Assembly: GCA_041613315.1 (NCBI GenBank)
Contig: JBFJHJ010000002.1
Location: 26,014-90,013 of the forward strand
Direction: 5' to 3'
DNA from: Gemmatimonadales bacterium
GTDB lineage: Bacteria; Gemmatimonadota; Gemmatimonadetes; Gemmatimonadales; GWC2-71-9
Length of the DNA stretch: 64,000 nucleotides
In this document: positions 60,203-64,000 of the stretch, piece after piece
Layout of the letters: every line of letters begins with the position of its first letter
Numbering within the stretch: position 1 is the stretch's first letter
Notes under the pieces: generated by a model
What the model was told of the DNA's origin: nothing
The model's input: the letters and a program-made list of their open reading frames with translations, nothing else
Database searches by the model: none
Translations under genes and position numbers: made by a program

Positions 60203-61474
60203 ATGGACACGCCGAGCATTGACCGACGGGTGTTCGTCAAAGCCGGTGGACTCGCGCTCGTGAGCCTCGGGCTGGACCCGCTCTTCGTGACCCGCGCGGC
60301 GTACGCGCTGAGGCGTGAGGGCGGCCCGGCCAACCGGAAGAAGACGCTGGTCTGCGTCTTCCAACGGGGGGCCGTCGATGGCCTCAACATGATCGTCCCG
60401 CACGGCGACGCGCATTACTACCGGGAGCGGCCGCGGATCGCCATCCCTCGCCCCGGTGCGACGGACGGCGCCATCGACTTGGACGGTCACTTCGGGCTCC
60501 ATCCCGCGCTCGGCCCGCTCGAGCCCTTCTATCGGTCCGGTGCGCTCGCCGTCATCCAAGCCGTGGGATCGCCCGACACGACGCGCAGCCACTTCGACGC
60601 GCAGGATTACATGGAGACCGGGACGCCGGGGGTGAAGTCCACGCGCGACGGTTGGTTGAACCGGCATCTGGCCCACTCGGCGGAGCATCGGGAAACCCCG
60701 TTCCGCGGGGTAGCCGTCGGACCGCGACTCCCCCGCGCTCTTCGCGGCGCCTCACCGGCCCTCGCCATCGAGGACCTCAGGGCGTTCGGGCTCCGAGGCG
60801 GCGATCAGGCACGGGACCGGCTCACGGCGGCTTTCGAGGAATTGTACGCCGGCGCCTCCACCGGCCTGGTGGCGTCGTCGTCGGAGGAGGCGTTCGAGGC
60901 GCTGCGGCTGCTGAAGCGGATCGATCCGAAGGCGTACGCGCCGGCGTTCGGTGCGGAGTATCCCACGACGCCGTTCGGCCGCTCCATGCAGCAGATCGCC
61001 CAGCTCATCAAGGCCGATCTCGGTGTCGAGATCGCGTTCGCCGACGTGAGCGGCTGGGACACCCATGTGAATCAGGGGGCGAGCAGCGGGCAGCTCGCGA
61101 CGCGGCTCGCCGACCTCGGACGTACCCTCGCGGCCTTCGCGCAGGATCTCGGCGAGCGGCTGGCGAATGTCGTGGTCCTCACGATGAGCGAGTTCGGACG
61201 GACCGTGGCCGAGAACGGGAATCGGGGGACGGACCACGGACGAGCCACGGCGATGATGGTCCTGGGAGGCGGCACGCGCGGCGGGCGCGTCCTGGGCCGC
61301 TGGCCGACGCTCGACCCCGGTCGGCGGTTCGAGGGTCGAGACCTGGCGGTCACGACCGACTTCCGAGACCTCTTCGGTGAAGTGTTGGTGCGCCACCTGG
61401 GAACGACGACACTGGGGGCGGTCTTCCCCGGCCACACCGCTGATGTCGAGCGCTGGGTGGGCGTGATGGGATGA
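60203..61474 (+). CDS. DUF1501 family protein (Tat signal)
   Basis: DRRVFVK; RGAVDGLN, RSHFDAQ, GWDTH, SEFGRT, GTDHG, DFR. Confidence 0.9.
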   Translation: MDTPSIDRRVFVKAGGLALVSLGLDPLFVTRAAYALRREGGPANRKKTLVCVFQRGAVDGLNMIVPHGDAHYYRERPRIAIPRPGATDGAIDLDGHFGLHPALGPLEPFYRSGALAVIQAVGSPDTTRSHFDAQDYMETGTPGVKSTRDGWLNRHLAHSAEHRETPFRGVAVGPRLPRALRGASPALAIEDLRAFGLRGGDQARDRLTAAFEELYAGASTGLVASSSEEAFEALRLLKRIDPKAYAPAFGAEYPTTPFGRSMQQIAQLIKADLGVEIAFADVSGWDTHVNQGASSGQLATRLADLGRTLAAFAQDLGERLANVVVLTMSEFGRTVAENGNRGTDHGRATAMMVLGGGTRGGRVLGRWPTLDPGRRFEGRDLAVTTDFRDLFGEVLVRHLGTTTLGAVFPGHTADVERWVGVMG

Positions 61475-61663
61475 TCGCCGCCAAGCGCGGAGCGAGGGCG
61501 CCGGGCCAGGGCGGTCCCCCCTCTTTCCGCGCGACACCGGCGCCCATTGTGGGCGGCGACGCCGGCATGCTTCCGACGAACGCGGCGATGTCGTGGCAGC
61601 ACGCGCATCGCCGCGGTTATTATGAGGCATGCTCCACCGAGTGGTCAGTCGCACCGAGGGCCG

Positions 61664-62377
61664 GTGAATCTCGACTCCAGCGTCGCGATCGTTACCGGTG
61701 CGACCGAGGGCATCGGCCGCGCCATCACGTTCGCCCTGGGACGACGGGGGGCACGGCTGGCGGTGTGTGCGCGCACCGTACAGCACCTCGAAGCGCTGCG
61801 GGTGTCGCTCGACGCGGAGGGGATCACCGCGGCGGCGCGGCCGTGCGACGTGGCCGACGAGGCGAGCGTTGCCGCGTTCGTCGGATTCGCGCGGGACCAG
61901 TTCGGGGACCCGGACGTCCTCGTGAACAACGCCGGGGTTGGGCACGTCGCGCCCGTGGTGGAGATGCCCGTTGAGCGCTTCGATGAGACGATGGCGGTCA
62001 ACGTCCGGGGCGTGTTCCTGATGACGCGCGCGGTTCTCCCGGCCATGATCCGCCGAGGTCGGGGCCACATCGTGAACATCGCGAGCCTCGCGGGCCGGAA
62101 CCCCGTGCCGCGCGCGGCGGCCTACGCCGCCTCCAAGCACGCCGTCCTCGGCTTCTCCAAGTCCCTCCTCATGGAAGTGCGGGAGCACGGCATCCGGGTG
62201 CTGGCGGTGTGCCCGGGGTCGGTCGTGACCCCGTTCTTCGCGAAGGCCGGGATGCCTCTGGATCACCCTGAGCGGAAGCTCCAGCCGGAGGACATCGCGG
62301 CCGCCGTCGTGGCGGCCCTCGAGCTGCCGGACCGGGCCCTCGTCTCGGAACTCGACATCCGACCGACCACCCCCTGA
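61664..62377 (+). CDS. SDR-family oxidoreductase
   Basis: TGATEGIG, NNAG, YAASK. Confidence 0.92.
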   Translation: MNLDSSVAIVTGATEGIGRAITFALGRRGARLAVCARTVQHLEALRVSLDAEGITAAARPCDVADEASVAAFVGFARDQFGDPDVLVNNAGVGHVAPVVEMPVERFDETMAVNVRGVFLMTRAVLPAMIRRGRGHIVNIASLAGRNPVPRAAAYAASKHAVLGFSKSLLMEVREHGIRVLAVCPGSVVTPFFAKAGMPLDHPERKLQPEDIAAAVVAALELPDRALVSELDIRPTTP

Positions 62378-62489
62378 TCCGAAGGCGCGGTGCGTCACTG
62401 TTCACCCGGGCCGCGGCTGGCATATTAGCCGGCGGCCCCGAGCCGGCCGAGCAGTGGCAGGCGCCCGCAACGCCTTACGGGAGAACGCT

Positions 62490-64000
62490 TTGACGCGCAA
62501 CGGGGACCCCGGCGTCGCGCTCGCGCACGCCGCGGTGACCTCGCACGATGCGAGGGAGTTTTGGACGGCCGTGACCAAGGTCCTGAGCGACTGGGCGGAC
62601 GGCGCGTACATCCGTATCAGTTATGCCGGTCGGGGGGACACCGGCACCGTCGAGGGCGGTCCGCGATTCCGGGCGGCGCTTCCGGTCGAACACCAGTGGC
62701 AGGACCAGGACGGTCGGACCGTCCGGGTGGCGGTTGTGACGGAGGGCACATTACCGGCCCAGCCGCCTCTGGGTCGCCTCGTCGAGATCGCGGCATCGTT
62801 GGCCACGCTTGTCGGGCGCCGCGCGGTGCTCGAGCGGGAGCGCCGGCTCACCAGCTTCCTTGTCGAGTTGTCGCGGTGGATGCTCATGTCCGCGACCGAC
62901 CCGCAGATCCTCCTTCGCTACACGCTGCAGAGCGTGATGAAGTTGATTGGCGCGGACGGCGCGATGACGCTGGTGCGGCCGCCGGGAACGACGGGCCTCC
63001 AGATCCGCGGGATGGTCGGCAGCGCGACGCCGCTCGAGGAGGCTATGGACAGCGGGATTGCCGATGCCTGCGTCCGCGTCCTGGAGAATGGCCAGCCTAT
63101 TCTGGTGAACGATCCGGAGGGCGATCCTGACTTGGCGCGTTCCACGATGCTGCGCGAATGGCTGCGGGCCGCCATGATGGTGCCGCTCAAGTCCACCACC
63201 GGCAACGTGGGCGTCCTGTGCGCGTTCCGCTCGGCCAAGTACCACACCGCCACCGAGTTCTCGCTGGATGACCTGAGCTATCTCGACGCCGTGGCCGCGC
63301 ACATCGCGAGCGGGATCGAGCTGGCCGAGGCGATCCGCACGGCGCAGGTGGCGGCCCGCCGGGCGCACGCGATGGTGGACAGCAGCCCCTTGCCGCTCGC
63401 CTTGCTCACGGGAGGCGGCGACGTGGGCCACGTGAACGACGCGTTTGTCACCCTGCTCGGACTCGACGCCGGAGACGCCGCCGTTGGCCGCCGGTTCGAC
63501 ACGCTCCCCCTCAAGCCGGCGGGCGGCACGGTGGCGCAGCTCCTGAAAGCGGCGCGCCGCACCGACACGTGGGAGGGTCCGATTATCGTGGAGCGCAACG
63601 GGGAGCGCCGGACCTGTGACGGCGTGATCACCCGACTCGACGAGACCGAGGCCGGGGAGCTCCTCCTCGCGCTCTACGACCGGACCGACGAGTTGCGGGC
63701 TCAGCGCGAGCTCGTCGCGCGGGAGAAGCTGGCGACGATCGGCGAGCTAGCGAGCGGCGTCGCCCACGAGGTCAACAATCCCCTCGCGGCGATCCGCATG
63801 GAGGCGGAGCTGTTGGGTCAGGCGGCGGAGCGTCCCGAGACCCGGGACGCGGTCGCGGTCATCCTCAAGGAAGTCGACCGTGCCGCCGGGATCGCCCGCA
63901 GCCTGCTGCACCTGACCCGACGGTCGGGCACCACGCCCGATTACATCCACGTAAACGAGCTCCTCCAGGACGTCGTCGAGATTCGTTCGCGCGTGGCGCG
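62490..64000 (+). CDS. GAF-PAS sensor histidine kinase (NtrB-like); runs off the window end
   Basis: Translated by hand from TTG 62490: GAF-like and PAS segments, then EKLATIGELASGVAHEVNNPL (H-box). Confidence 0.85.
   Translation, partial: MTRNGDPGVALAHAAVTSHDAREFWTAVTKVLSDWADGAYIRISYAGRGDTGTVEGGPRFRAALPVEHQWQDQDGRTVRVAVVTEGTLPAQPPLGRLVEIAASLATLVGRRAVLERERRLTSFLVELSRWMLMSATDPQILLRYTLQSVMKLIGADGAMTLVRPPGTTGLQIRGMVGSATPLEEAMDSGIADACVRVLENGQPILVNDPEGDPDLARSTMLREWLRAAMMVPLKSTTGNVGVLCAFRSAKYHTATEFSLDDLSYLDAVAAHIASGIELAEAIRTAQVAARRAHAMVDSSPLPLALLTGGGDVGHVNDAFVTLLGLDAGDAAVGRRFDTLPLKPAGGTVAQLLKAARRTDTWEGPIIVERNGERRTCDGVITRLDETEAGELLLALYDRTDELRAQRELVAREKLATIGELASGVAHEVNNPLAAIRMEAELLGQAAERPETRDAVAVILKEVDRAAGIARSLLHLTRRSGTTPDYIHVNELLQDVVEIRSRVA

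Overview
High-GC, gene-dense core chromosomal region of a bacterium. Gene content and style suggest Gemmatimonadota, but that is an inference. It carries about 58 CDS, mostly housekeeping or metabolic (leuS, serA, pncA/pncB, gyrA, rnhA, thiolase/hbd, thyA-folA, an EF-G paralogue), plus signalling genes and one tRNA-Asn. I found no transposase, integrase, prophage or CRISPR array. The best candidate for an undescribed system is a four-gene overlapping operon at 48.5-52.3 kb: two divergent D-Ala-D-Ala-ligase-like ATP-grasp enzymes, a GNAT acetyltransferase and a KamA-type lysine 2,3-aminomutase. It plausibly makes a beta-lysine-containing (acetylated) peptide or tag. Other hidden signals: selD is a selenoprotein (in-frame UGA plus a SECIS-like hairpin, missed by the ORF track); folA apparently starts at CTG; crcB and DUF190 are decaying; there is an inverted heptamer-repeat hairpin; and there is a histone-H1-like basic protein. 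All product calls come from motif recognition, not database searches.
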